A stretch of DNA of 52,933 nucleotides, counting the filler, from Jimgerdemannia flammicorona (Eukaryota): NCBI GenBank assembly GCA_003990765.1. It is 2 parts of 2 records of this genome, joined end to end, with 100 filler letters (N's around TTAATTAATTAA, not from the genome) between each part and the next. Parts side by side here need not be neighbours in the genome. Positions count along the whole stretch, not along the records: positions 1 to 26,423 come from RBNJ01000730.1; 1 more part is not named here. One strand, given 5' to 3'. Under the pieces are notes generated by a model, which saw only the letters and a list, made by a program, of their open reading frames with translations, was not told where the DNA came from and searched no databases. A program made the position numbers and the translations under genes. How positions within the stretch are numbered: the first letter of the stretch is position 1; each line of letters opens with the position of its first letter. Of the stretch, positions 1-13,059 are shown piece after piece.

Positions 1-70
1 TTTTTTTTGTGGGAGGTACTTTTGTAATTGTTCCGGTGCTATCTACTCACCATCTGGTAACCCCTACCAG

Positions 71-906
71 GACATTAACACACCCGAAACAACGACATCG
101 GGAAACATCCACGGTTGCCCCGTCTCGTTCCTTCTGGGCATCGCGGGTGAAGTCCCCGAGTTCGAGTGGGTGCCGCACTGCCTGCGGCCCGACCGGATTG
201 TCTACATTGGCCTGCGCGACGTGGACAAGGACGAGAAGCGTATCCTCCGCGAGAAGGGCATCAAGGCCTTCTCTATGTCCCATGTCGACCGCTACGGCAT
301 CGGCCAGGTTGTCGAGATGGCACTCGATCACGTCAATCCGAAAAGGGACCGCCCCATCCATTTGAGCTTCGATATCGACGCGTTGGATCCCAGCGTTGCG
401 CCTAGTACGGGTAGGTTTGGGATTGAGTGAATTTGGGCGGTTATTGTCTAGGAAGGCGGCAAGTGGGAATGTCTGGGCAATTTCTACTCGTTGGGCGAGT
501 TCCTTTTTGTACAAAAAACAAGCGTTATCGGTGTCTCAACAAACTACCTTCGTCTCATCTTCCACCCACTATCCCCAGGCACCCCCGTCCGTGGCGGTCT
601 GACCTTCCGCGAGGGTCATTACATCTGCGAGGCCATGTCGGAGACGGGCCTGCTCGTAGGCGTCGATATTATGGAGGTCAATCCGGCTCTTAAGAGCAAG
701 TTTTCAGGTCAGACGGTCAAGATCGCGTGCAGCTTGGTAAAGTGCTCGCTTGGTAAGTTTTTTTTTTTTTTTTTTTTTTTTTTGGGAATGTTGGCAGGGC
801 GACTGAGAGGTCCTGTCCGTTGGTGCTTCCAAGCTTGACCTGGTTACTGTGCTATGCGAGCGATTAATATAACGCCCCTCATTTTCTAGGCGAGACCCTG
901 CTTTGA
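71..906 (+). CDS. CAR1: Arginase, 3' part (exons ~71-410, 579-752, 890-906; 5' exons lie outside the window)
   Basis: Spliced translation [23 protein letters not shown]...[10 protein letters not shown]...[31 protein letters not shown]...VDIMEVNP...LGETLL* matches arginase motifs; GT-AG introns restore frame. Confidence 0.95.
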
Positions 907-1764
907 TTCCCTTCTCGCAACAAAGCCCCAGGTTGACGTAACGGCGGGCATGTGTTCGTAAAGTCCAGGGAGGCGATGTGAAGTATATATAATTCGGAAA
1001 TGCAGATAGAGATGGTCACTAGGGAACAAAAACTGGCGCGGTTGCAGTGGTGGTGGTGGTCGTAGGTTATAAATAAATACAAATATTACGTGTTGACGTG
1101 TAAACGAATTCTGGGTAAAAGTCATTCAGGTCAGGAGAGAATGGGAATCCTCTACATCGTTTAATATTGTCAAATAATAGACCTGTGAATTTTGAAATTA
1201 GGATAATTTCGAAAAGATCTAAGTTTCCTACCAAGATCCACGTCACGAACCCAAAACACTCAGTTGCACAACCTGTAAGGGAGCGAGCAGAACAGTCCCC
1301 ATTCCTACGGGCCGGGCGGGGAATTTGGGACGGCGGGCCATGTTAACCTGTTTTTGTCCCGTGATATATACTTAATACTCAAAAAAAACATTTCCACTTG
1401 TCAGGTGATTTAAAATCAAATTGTAATGAAACCGTGATGGGTGTAAAATCTATTTCATTAAGAAGTATGGTATATAGAATGTAATATATTAATTCTGAAA
1501 TAAATAATATATATCTTATTTAAGTAGTTTATTTAATAATATAATTTTTAAAAGTTAATAAAATTTAAATATAATTATATATATATATTGTTTTATACAC
1601 CTACTATTATTTAAACCAAAAATTATTCCCATGGAAGATGATAATTGTGTTGCTGGTTTTATTATTAAGTACGAAAGTAGATGTCAATTCTGTGACCGTT
1701 TTTGGCGCTCAGTGACGTAACACCAATATTGATAACGCGTTACGCGTTACTGTTGACCCCCACT

Positions 1765-2372
1765 ATGTCCGACCTCAGCAATACACGCGGATTAGACTAT
1801 CTTTTAAACACCCCTTGCGGGAACTGGGATGCCGTCGCGTACCACAGAGCGTGGAAGGCCGCCAAACTCCCCATGGCAAAGGCTACCGTGACCGCAGCCT
1901 TTCGGAAGCAGCTTACTCATTATGCCGAAATTGGCGTGCCAAAGGAGAAAAAAAGAGCCAAACAGCTCTTAAAGGAATTCGAGGTTAGTATTTCTTTCCT
2001 CTGCTGCCTACTTCCAAGCAGTCGTGTGGGGGTACGCTGAGGGACTACGGATCCGCTCGGCTTACGGACTACGGATCTCCCCCATGCGGCTGGGACTGCA
2101 AGCACACCAGGACTACTGACGCCTGTGTGGACTACGGATCCAGTTGTCCCCACTGCGCGGGACTCCACGGGTCTGCTTGCAGTCCAGTCCAAAATTGTAT
2201 CGTCGTTGCGCTGAGGGACTACGGATCTGGCCCGGCTTTTGGACTATGATCTCAACCCCGATGCGATTGGGGCTGCGACACACTGCGGGACTACGTATCT
2301 TGCGCGGTGATGGACTACGGATCCAGTCGCAGTCCTGGACAATCTTGGAAGTTGCGATGGCATTGACTACGT

Positions 2373-2406
<34 letters not shown>

Positions 2407-5145
2407 TACAGCTCATCACGCTAGAAAATTTGACGATGATTTCTGAGTTTTATCTCCTTTACAGACGGACTCGAAGAAGGGTGGGCGCATCCACAACTTC
2501 TGGGTCACATACATGAACACTACCAAGACTGAAGAGTTTCAAAAGCGAGCAGATAGGACGGAAGCCCAGCTCGCTGCCCGAATTCGAGAGATGCAGGTAA
2601 TATTTCCCCTCCTGTTTCATCCTGCGTTCCAACACGCTAGGCCAATTCATTCAATTTGTGGCTCTCTCCTCGATTTTATCCCTTGCGCAGGCGGCCAATA
2701 CTTTAACCATGGCCAACTCGGCTTCACAGCAGCTGGAAATATATTCGAGATGTTCTGCTGCCAACACTGCAAAGCGACTTTTGAACAGCAATGATGAAAA
2801 CTTAGGCAAGCGTGTTAGGACGGATCAATGGGTAGGTGTATGTTATCGATGTTACCTCTGTTTCTGGAACTTTTAGGCAGTTCTAATCTCACGGCTGCTT
2901 TTTTCTTACGGCAGGAATACGATCAACCCGATGTGGAATCGGAGCAATATCAGTCTGATTCAGAGTACGAAAGTGATTCCCAACACAACGATCAGGAGGA
3001 GGAGGAAGAGGAGATCGACATTGATGTGGATCCCAATGTCAGCACTCCTGCGGTGGATGGAAACGTTGCAACCCAATCTGGCGAACCTGAACGCCAAGAT
3101 AACACCACGTATCCTGCTTATGGCAGTTCACCTGAAATTTGGATATTGCCGTCGGGTTTATCTGTCGCGGAAGCGATTTGTCCCCCTAACTCTCTCCCGA
3201 AGGCTCAGTAAGATTATGTCGTCTTCTTTTGTACTCTTGTCATGATCGTCTGCTAATTCTAATTGATGGTTCTTGCCTTTCCCTATTTGCAGCCCGTCGC
3301 ACATGGGGATAATCCGTGTCGGGGCCAACATCCGACGACCTGAATGGATTCAACAGGCTGATTGGCGTTATTTGCAATCAAGCGTTGCAATCGACACTGA
3401 CCCACCATCGGACCCTATACAAGATTTCTTCAGGAACCTTTGTGAGACTGTATTAATCTGAACAATTGTCCGCTCTTACTATTGCTTTCAATGATAGTTT
3501 GGACGCACCTCTCATCTCCTTGTATTTATTGTCCAATTGCACAGGAGTCTCTTGAAGAATATACCGATGTCATCGAGGCAGCGAGAACAAAAAGGAAGAG
3601 TGATAAGCAGCTATCATTCTATTTGGATGTGCTCGGATGGTTGTGAGTGTTTTTTATTCTGCTAGAGAATGTTGCTTGTGGTCGCCTTCTTTGTCACTGA
3701 TATATTTTTGTACTCGGAAGCGCAACAACGGTGTTTAATCCAGTGAGCACTTTCCGTAGTCCTCGAGCTCAGGAGTCAGCCTTAGGGTCTCTCCTCCTTC
3801 ACCCTGTATTGATGTATCTTGCTAATGTTAGTGGTGTTCATTACATTCCGTACGTATGCATGCCAATCTCATAACTCTGTTACGAGCAACTTCACAACCT
3901 CGACGTTCCCGTACGTTGCGGTTCGGTGCAGCGGCGCCAATCCCTTGTTTTTCTTGACGTTGGCGTCCATCCCGAATTTGGCCACGAGCAACTTCACGAC
4001 CTTGACGTTTCAGTTCGCCGTGACCCGGTGCAACGCCGTCGATCCATTATTGTTTTTGGCGTGGGGGGGGGGGGGGGACATCAGCCTGTGTCTACTTACT
4101 AAAAATAACTTTTCATACAGTGGGGAGATCCACCTCCAGGCCAGTGCAAACCGACGTCTGGTGCGCCGCCATCTGAAGCCCGAGTCGGACAAACCCCAGG
4201 GAATAAAAGTTGATGGAATTTTCCAATCACTTGGAGGGTTGGAGATGGGCTTCGTCGAGATATCCGGCGGACACCAGACTAATGACCAGCCCCGCTATCT
4301 GAAGGACCACGTACGCGGCTTCAGAGGACAGCGTGATCTCCTTGATGATGCGGCTGCGAAGCTCGCTGCTGGCGAGTATCACATCATGAGGCACCTACGG
4401 ATGTGGTTTCTTCATACTCACGGTAAGGTATAGTGTTTCGCCAGGTGGCCGTAGATGATGTAGTTCGTCAGTGATTTTGTGATCGAGGTATTTGTACTCT
4501 GCTTTTAAGGTAAACAAATGGCGGTGAATGTGCCGCTTCTCCTAGTCACTAAATACGTTTGCCTTGATATTCCTCTTTGTTCTCTCTATTCTAGGGCTGG
4601 ATGTCCAAATATGGGGCATGGACCTCCCAGTAAAACGTGTCTACCGCATGTTTCTCCTTGGCACATTCAAGTTCCCGATTCATTGGGAGGATCACGATCA
4701 GCTCTTGCGGGGGCTGCCGATTCTCTGGGCATTGGCGGTACGTGACAAATTTCACTTCCTTTTGCTGGCTCCATTTTTGCGTATAGGCTGGTGGGATGCG
4801 AGATGGGTCAGATGTGCGGGCATGCGGGCGTGCGAGCAATGCGCGGGCAATGCGGGCGTGCGGGCAATGCGGGCGTGCGAGATGCAACCAGTAGGCTTAG
4901 CTGGATATCGCTTTCATATGTAGATGGGTCTGGAAATCTCCCTTAATACCCTCGACAAGCTGAAAAAATCAAATCGCGTCAGGGGAGTTGGGGAGATTAA
5001 GAAATCTGTGTCGCTGACAAACTACGTTGGCATTAAGATGGACACTCCAACGAAACCGAAAGGGAAGAAGTCTCGGACCATTAAGCCCATGCGAGAGGGA
5101 TCATCGTCGCCCCTGGAGGAAAGCACTTTTTCGGACCAATCTTGA
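1765..5145 (+). CDS. Multi-exon hypothetical protein with C-terminal PD-(D/E)xK/REase-like domain
   Basis: Exons ~1765-1983, 2465-2596, 2691-2831, 2915-3207, several more to 5145, with GT-AG junctions; acidic linker; C-terminal GEIHLQAS...GIKVDGIF...EMGFVEISGG resembles the KxDG...E-x-S/K restriction-endonuclease-like motif. Confidence 0.7.
2035..2335 (+). repeat. Intronic tandem duplication (~175-bp period) built from GGACTACGGATC-like motifs
   Basis: cgctgagggactacggatc occurs at ~2035 and ~2208; several further ggactac(g)gatc-like copies within each unit. Confidence 0.8.
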
Positions 5146-5335
5146 AAGCAAGGAAAGGGAAGTTATTATATATCATTCAGAGTGCTAAATTCTCGATTCT
5201 TTTCACATTGATTGCCCATGTACTGTGAAAATATGCTGAAAAAGCAATAAATCACATCAGTAAGTGAATTCGAACCTGTGTAATATCTAGCTAATGAACC
5301 AGCCTCTTCAGCAAATTGTCATCATGCGGTAGTAC

Positions 5336-5377
<42 letters not shown>

Positions 5378-5499
5378 AGCGCCATCGTTCTATAACTGCA
5401 GTGATTTTTCGAGCCTTCTCTTTATTTATTGGTTGTCATCCTTCTTAGGCTGTATATCCCTTGGTTGTCATGAAGCTCATAATAGAACTGCTGGTACTA

Positions 5500-6660
5500 T
5501 ACTTTTATTACTAATTCTAAGCCTTTTGTATTACAAACTTTGGCTGCGCTCGCGTAAACTTTGACCGGTCGCGGCAATGATCTGCTGATCGAACATCCAC
5601 TTTATCTGCCCTATTACATTTTTGAGCGGCATCTCACGCGTCAAATTCCGGCGACCCACGAATAGCTGCGCCACCGTTACCTTGGTGATGACCCGTTGTC
5701 ACAACACTATACGATGAGTTTTCGCGCCCTACACCCCCCCTCTTCAAATGTACAATTCCGACGAAACCGAAAACTTACCCGCCCATATCCTGTACCCAGA
5801 CCCAGACATGCTCAGCTGTTTGATCTCGACTACCAGGCTACCGCAGCCTAATTTGAGCTGTTTCTCCGGGCTGGAGAATTGTAGCGCAACCGCCCTCCTG
5901 GTCGTACTGGGAGAGAAGTTCATCACGCGCGCCTGCTGCTGGTACTCCTGCTGGTGCTGCGGCCTGCGTGATGAACTTTGTGGGAATTTGGACAAGCTTG
6001 GGGCGTGGTTCGAAGTCAGGCGAGGCGCATGAGAGGCTAGCATGAGATTTGTGCCATGGCAAAAAAAGAATATATTTTTTTAACCTTCTGGAAAGGTGAA
6101 ATCCGAAAAGGAACAAGGACATCATTGTTCTAGATGGTTGCGCCTCTCTTTTTTTGCCCATGCCAAAAGTGCCAACCACCAAAATCCTCCACGATGGAGG
6201 TGGTACCCAAAAATGGGCCCATATGTATGACAGGAGTGATCACCCGTTCTCATCGATTGATTTAGGGTTTCGTTGTATCGGATGTGCTTTGCTCACGTGA
6301 GGAGAGGTATATACTTACGTGGATTTTCCATGAGTGTACGTCGGAGGGGGCCTAAGGGGTTAGGATAAGGTCAAACGGGCACTGATGAGTTTGACGGCCG
6401 CGGACTTATGTTGTATTGTTCGTTGTAGTTTGTCATGAGGTCATGAAGTTGGGATGTTACCCGGAATCGTGGCGAATGAGGGTTGGTGTGCAAGGGGACG
6501 GACAAACGGGTGGCACGGGGTCACACGAACCTTGGTTATGGATAAGTGGTAGGGAATGTGGCTGGGAACGGCTTCGTCCCAGTTTAAGAGTGTTCGGTCC
6601 GGCCCCTCCGTTGTTGTGTTGTTTCAGTTGGGCAAAAAGGAAAGACGCGTTCACTCTAGG
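5500..6660 (-). CDS. Possible small multi-exon hypothetical gene or remnant
   Basis: Minus-strand GTAAGT/GTAAC donors and CAG/TAG acceptors flank short open segments (ORFs 6457-6654, 5744-6043). No recognisable domain and the frame is not resolved. Confidence 0.3.
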
Positions 6661-7155
6661 AAAGAGAGGAAGTGCAGTAGAGGAGGGGGGAAATAAACTG
6701 GTTAGCAGGGTTTATTAATGCAAAGAGGAAGTTATAAATAAATTCCCTTTCGGTGCCACGGACGTTCCAAGGTCGCGCCGCCGGGGGGGGGCGGGTAGCG
6801 ATCCGATTCCAAATTGGGCCGACATGTATCAGAGTGCCACCGACCCCTGTGGTCCAATCGCCCCATCATGCACGTGATTCTAGACGTCACGACCACTCAA
6901 GCCTCATTTTTGCCACACACTGTCTGGTCTCAGGTTCAGAACTCAGCAATTTACGTAACAGCGCCCTACAAGCCTCAAAAATATACCCACTTATCGCTCA
7001 AACCACATAAGCATATTTCCTACCCCTATGTCTTCTCTCGTTAGCATTAACACACGTCAGCGCCATTATTAGAATTTTTCCTCGCTGTAAAAGAAGACAA
7101 TAGAGCAGGGACAAAAAAAGAAAAGAAAAAAAGGGCTTCACCCTGGAATGTTGGT

Positions 7156-7187
<32 letters not shown>

Positions 7188-7695
7188 GCAACGGACCCGA
7201 CGGAAAGAAGCCACGCTTTGGAATCTTCTCCGGAAATAATCTTCTCCGGAAACAAAGCAGGTCAACGACCAGCGCATGTGTTATGGACAGTGGGCTCTCC
7301 CTGTTTCTGCTTTGTTTTCCTCCTTCTGCCGTTCCTTCTTCCGATATGCAGTTAGTATGACAAACCTTGAGTCTATTCATATCAACGGGGGAAGGTGGAG
7401 TGGCTAAAAATTCGGCGGAAAGAAACTTGACGGTGCTATAAAAAATAAATGTGCCTCAGCAGTAGCAACAACCCAACTGTGCTTTATGAGAAGCATACCT
7501 CGAATAGATAATTAAACGCCACTTGCAAATAAATTAATTGTCAAAAAAGAGACTTCCAGAGAGTGACGCGGTTGATCAATATCAATTATTCAATATCGCA
7601 TTATTTGAGTTTATTTTATGACGTCGCTGTATCATTAGCTAATGTGTGACATTGCAGATTTCGTGTATACGCAAAACTATAAGCGCAGTATGAAT

Positions 7696-8864
7696 TCATT
7701 GCACTTGTTTTCCACCCAGATATGACGCCAGCCTGGACTCCATCGCTTTTTTCCCGGCCTTGAAAGTGTTCCCGAGGTAATGCATGTTTAACAGATGTCC
7801 CTTTGCTTTCGAATCGATGTACAGGTGGCCACGATATTCGTTCCCTGGCTGCTTCAATGGCGTGTACGCCAAGACGCCCGTCTGCGAGACAAAGTCCCCA
7901 CCATTGGCGAAATGCTCGATGTGTCTGATGAGGCCGTTCCCGTCGTGCATGTGGTTCGCCGCACTCCCAAAAGTGTACACTTCCAACTTCTTCACGGCAT
8001 CTTCGGGTAGGGTGGTGAGGAGGCGGTCGACGACCATGCTGGCGATGATGCTGCCCTGTGGTATGACGGAGAGGAGGAGAATATAATTAACAATACAATC
8101 GAGGCTCCGCTTAAAGCTCCATCCATCGACGCGATCTACTTCGGATGTTGTTCGATACGTACCTGTGAATGAGCGATAAATACCACCTTATTCACGTCCT
8201 CCCTAAGTAGCTCGCTCTTGACACTGGCATAAGCTTGCCTGGCGTCGTCCGTAACGTATCCCATATCCCTTTGGAGTAAGCATTCCACCAAATCGAACAC
8301 AAGACCGAACGACCGATTATGAATGCCGACGACCCTTCGCCCGAACATACTCGCCAGTAGTTCGCAATTTTCCTGTAACCATACCGAGTCGACGCAAATC
8401 CCGTTGACGAACAACCAGCTCTCCCCCGGATACACCTTGCCTGCTTTGCTGGGGTACTTCAGAGGGTCCGTCATCTGGCCCCAGGTGATCAAGCCGAGAA
8501 GGGTGCCAATCGGGGCGAGGGTGAATGCCAGGGGAGGCAGGAGCGCGAAGACACCGAGCAAGAGAAAGGTACCCATAACCGCGAGGACCGCAAATGCGTA
8601 GAAGACCAGGAAGATCTGGCGAGCGAGGCTGACGATGTTGCCCCATTTCTTGAAGTAGAGCTCGTCGTTTGGGTTGTTGCTGGCGAAGGGCCAAAGGAGC
8701 CATACGAGGTAGAGCGACTTGTTAGCTAAAAGGCCGATATCATAGATCGCTAGGCGCCAGGGAGAATCGGTGTCGGGAAGAGCGGCGGGGGACGGGGCGC
8801 AAAAGGGGTTCCGTTTGAACAGGCTTTTGTAGATGGGTGTAGTTATGGGTTGTCCTCCAATCAT
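7696..8864 (-). CDS. Conserved fungal alpha/beta-hydrolase-fold protein with N-terminal TM segments (exons 8864-8163, 8055-7696)
   Basis: WLFVNGI...GIHNRSFGLVFDLVECLLQRD...VVFIAHSQ|GSII (nucleophile elbow A-H-S-Q-G spans the intron), LEVYTFGSAA, IEHFANGGDFV; hydrophobic stretches near the N-terminus. Confidence 0.85.
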
Positions 8865-10689
8865 TATTGCAAAATTGAAGGAAAAGACTGGTAGCCTCCG
8901 TCTATATTTATAGAATACATGCATGCATTCACACGTGTGGCGGGAATGAGGGAAATGCAGCAAAACCAATGATGTATCAGGCGCAGTTTGTTTCATACTG
9001 TCACCTGCTAAGCAACAACACAACTCCATTTTGTCATCTTATCGCAGCAGATTTAATAAATGAGGCATAAAAACAAACAAAAAAAGAAGGATGGAATAAG
9101 CAAGAACCTATAAATTCCAGTCCCGCTGACACAGCCCCATTAACATAAACCAGTAGTCGGTTCCGTATTCGGGTGAGCGATTTAACACAGCGGGCTCATC
9201 CAAGTGTTTAAAACGGCGCAGTGCATGAATTCCGCAGTCAAAATCATATGCCAAACCTCCAAACCTCCTGCTTTTATACATCCAGCTGGTTCATCAGCTA
9301 CACAGGAGGCTTTGCAAATGACTCGAATAGAAAGCTTGACTGCGGCCTTCCCCCCACCCCCTAAATACATAGAATGAGTAGTTGCTCGTTCCCAATGTTG
9401 GTCCGTGCGATGCGGTGATCATGTCCTGTTAATGTCGCGACGTGGTAAAGGGTTTTACTTTACTTTATGAAGGTGGGAATGGCTGCGAACAAGCCCATCC
9501 AAGCACCTCAGCATTTGACAGTGCGATCGGAGATGGTGTGGACAACCACTGCAGCCACTGCAAGCTACGCCATGCAAAGAATGGTTTGTTTGCATTTTTG
9601 CACGAGCCAAAGTAGCGAAACTCAACACACAAACCCGATATACAGGCTGGTAATCGTAAATCTTGACCCAGGAGACCACATACTCACATACTCTCAGAAC
9701 CACTCGAAATCAAATAATAGAGGCAAGAACAACCCTCCCGTGAAGAGCTCCAGATTTTTCCAAACACATGTTGAATGATAAACCGGGACCCCGTCTCCTT
9801 GCGTAAGCCTCTCCGAACAATAACAATAGCAATAGGGCCACGTGTGGCTTGGCGCACATGAAATGTGTGTGGCTGTGTCCAACCGTATATATAGAATGGA
9901 CGGGCTTGGATCTGCATGTGGCACCAGCCACGTGCCAAAAACGAGCCCATGTCGAAGGCTAGCGTACTTTGAGAATTCCCCGGGCCGACTCCGCACTAGC
10001 CCGAATGGTGTATTTCGACCGCACGCAATACATATCAGTATATATATACTTGAATCCTTGCACACTTCCATGGTCTGGTGCGTAAGAATCATTATGGTGA
10101 ACTCTTTAAGGTATGGCATGTGGTATTGAATATTTTGAGAGCCCCGAATATTAGGATTTTTATTTATTTATTTTATGATGAGCGAGGAAGTGGACAGTTA
10201 AAAAAGAAAAAGTATATTTATGCCCGCTCGTTCACTCAATCATTTCACATTCACCGATCTTATTCTTGCGCCGTCTACCATTTGTAAGACCAACTCTAGC
10301 GTCCATGAAAATGAGCTTTTGGTCAGTAGAGCTCGGCTGACATTCTCCTTTCCGGTAACGTCCTTTCAATTCCCGCAGGCACACTGATCTTGCAAGCGCA
10401 TTGAGGAGGTCTTCGCGCGAGGTACGTAAATTGTGCTTGATGGTAGTGGAAGTTTCGCCTCATGAGCGTCGCCGTGATTTCCGTCATTTCGTTTAGCTTA
10501 TTGACGTTCTGCGACTCCAACTCATCGTTAGATATCGTCTCCAGTACCGAAGCCGGCCGCGGCCGAATTTTTCGTCGCGGTCAACGCGAGGTAGGTGGGG
10601 CCGATTTTAAGGATTTCCCGTACGAGTGAGGAAAGGTTGAGCACAGAGTGAATTCAATACCGGTCGGCTCACCCGTTCGGCTCTAGATC

Positions 10690-13010
10690 ATGCCGTGCGA
10701 AAAGGGCCGCAGCGCAGAATTTGCGCGAGGTCCTGGGTGCCGGGCTGTGTTTCGCCGAATTGAAGTACAATGACCAGAGGTACGTTTGAGGTGTTTGCAC
10801 TGGCGTTGGCTGGAGGGGCTTGCTGGGTTGGATTTGGGGGTCACACCGCCTCTTTGTTTTCTCAACACAATCCCCCGCAATCTACACAAGATGCAGATTC
10901 ACTTCGATGCCTTTTAGCCGTCCGGCCGACAAATCACCGTTTTCAGTAAGAGCAAGTGCAATTCGACGAGGGATCGTGCGGGAACGTGGAGGTTACATGT
11001 ACATGTATTCTTTTGTACGCCTCGGTTAGTGTGTATGATGGAGGATTCGTTCACGCGGAATTTGTTCCGATCCGGCGCTTTAACACACATCTGTTTCGTA
11101 GGATCATCAAATCCGCGTTGGACCACGACCCCTCGTTCGTTCGATCCGTGTTCGCTTCTTTTCCTTATATTACTGGAGACTTTTTCCCACAAATTACAAC
11201 GAAAAAGACCCTTGCCCTCTTGTGCGCGAGTGGCTGAGTTGCTAGTTTACAAAAAGTGGAGGGCCGGATAGAGAAGTTTGGGTCCGTACGTGAGCTGCAG
11301 GATGAATCAAGTACGTCTCTCATTCCCTTTTTGTTTTTGATACTGGATTCTCATCTCCTTGGTTCCCGCCATTTCGTTTTCCGTCGTACCTGCTAATTTG
11401 GTTGGGAACGTGGCACTTTTTACTCATATTCTTTGATATTCTTTATCCCGATGGGAGAAGCTTGATGGGGAGGACGAACGGAGAGAGGAGGCGGGCATTG
11501 GAGGCCGTCGTGAGGGTTGTGCCGAACTATGTGTGTTTTTTTAAAAAATAAAATAAAATAAAATAAAATAAATAAAATAAAATAAAAATAAAAAATAAAA
11601 AAAATTAAGAGGAAGAGAACGAAGAATATTTGATTTGTGTCGTCAAATCTGTTGGATGTCGTATGCATTCAGCCGTTTTTTCAGCTCCCACCACAAATGT
11701 TCGATTGGGTTTAGGTCGGGCGATTGCGCGGGCCAGTCTAACGTGCGAATCGAATTATTTTGAAGCCATTTGCGCGTCATTTTGGACGAGTGCTTGGAGT
11801 CGTTATCGTGTTGGAATATGATCTCTTTTTTTTTTTTTGATTGAGTTTATAATAATCGATCGTTTGAAGCAATTCTTCGCCAAGGATATTAATATATAAT
11901 TCGGAATCCATTCGGCCATCGAGTATCCGACCGCCTTGTACGTCATAATTACATCCCCAAAGCACGCACATGGCTCGGTTTCAACGTTGCGCCCAGCCTA
12001 CGCCATATCCATTCACGCCCAAACGGTTAATTTTCGTTCCGTCGTCGAACACGACGCGTTTCCAGTCATCGACGGTCCAATCTTTATGCTTGGTTGCGAA
12101 TTCGTATCGAGCTTTGATTTGACGAGGCAGCAAAAGCGGGTTTTTTTTTGCTTGACGTATGCCTTCAGACCGGCCTTTTTGAGAGTTCTTTTCACCGTGC
12201 TGACACTCGACGTTGTCTTGCCGCTCGCCAGTGTCCTGCCGCTCGCCAGTGTCCTGCCGCTCGCCAGTGTCTTGCCGCTCTTTTGAGGAGCTTTGACGAC
12301 CTGGTAAGGCAGATAATGCCTCCAAGGTCGTCAAAGCTCTTCAAAAGAGCGGCAAGACACTGGCGAACGGCAAGACAACGTCAGCACGGTGAAAAGAACT
12401 CTCAAAAAGGCCGGTCTGAAGGTGTATGCCAAGCAAAAAAAAACCGCTTTTGCTGCCTTGTCACGATACGAATTCGCAACCAATCATAAATATTGGACCG
12501 TCGATGACTGGAAACGCGTCGTTGGTGTAGAAGTGAGATCGTCGCGATCCTGACCGCTCGTTTTCCGTGTGTGATGTTCTTTGACGTAATCAGTCCATGC
12601 TTGCCGACCGATTTCCGGCACGAGAACGGCATGCAGGTTCATTCTTTACAACTTTCCAGCCGTCTTCAGTACGTGTCCTCACGTGAAGTTTATTCCCCTC
12701 CACAATCCCGACACACACAAACAGCGCCTCTGCAACCACATCTCCCACGTTACCCCCATGCTTCGCTCGTGGTCAAGTGCACCGACTCAGACTGTAATCC
12801 CAAGTGTGGCTACGATAGTAGAGGTGCTTGCTGGGTCAAGGTGAAGAGGGATTATATCAAAGGACTTGGTATGTGCAGTGTGCGAAGAGGAGGGTGAGGT
12901 TATTGGTACAGGGCGATCGGGGAACATATTTTGGGTGAGCATGCGATACCGCGGATTCTGTGGTCGCCAAGGCGCGGTACGGGCCAGGGGATATGCTAAA
13001 AGGTGAGTAT
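10690..13010 (+). pseudogene. Fragmented ATP-dependent DNA ligase pseudogene interrupted by a Tc1 remnant
   Basis: Fragments in ligase motif order: AELLVY..GRIEKFGSVR (~11235-11300), VMFFDVI (~12570), LVVKCTDS..WVKVKRDYIKGLG (12765-12870, motifs IV/V), DTADSVVAKARY (~12945-12980). Frameshifted. Confidence 0.7.
11640..12522 (-). mobile_element. Tc1/mariner (DD34E-type) transposase remnant with inverted partial duplication
   Basis: Minus-strand KRTLKKAGLKA..., KDWTVDDWKRVVFDDGTKINRLG, GRMDSELYINILGEELLQT, FQHDNDSKHSS, DWPAQSPDLNPIEHLW; frameshifts present. Confidence 0.9.
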
Positions 13011-13059
13011 CCTTGAGATGGATACCTGTTGATGCAGTGGCTCTTCCTTGTTGTTCCTC

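Noticed and set aside
47..514. 155-aa minus-strand ORF and similar overlapping ORFs (27696-28229, 29721-30212, 41316-41831)
   Set aside because: Antisense or alternative-frame shadows of real genes or relics.
6321..6350. Other CTGATGA motifs as additional hammerheads (also ~7925)
   Set aside because: No stem II followed by GAAA and no pairable stems I or III.
9455..10560. Short ORFs and a possible intron between the hydrolase gene and the ligase relic
   Set aside because: No consistent spliced frame or recognisable motif.
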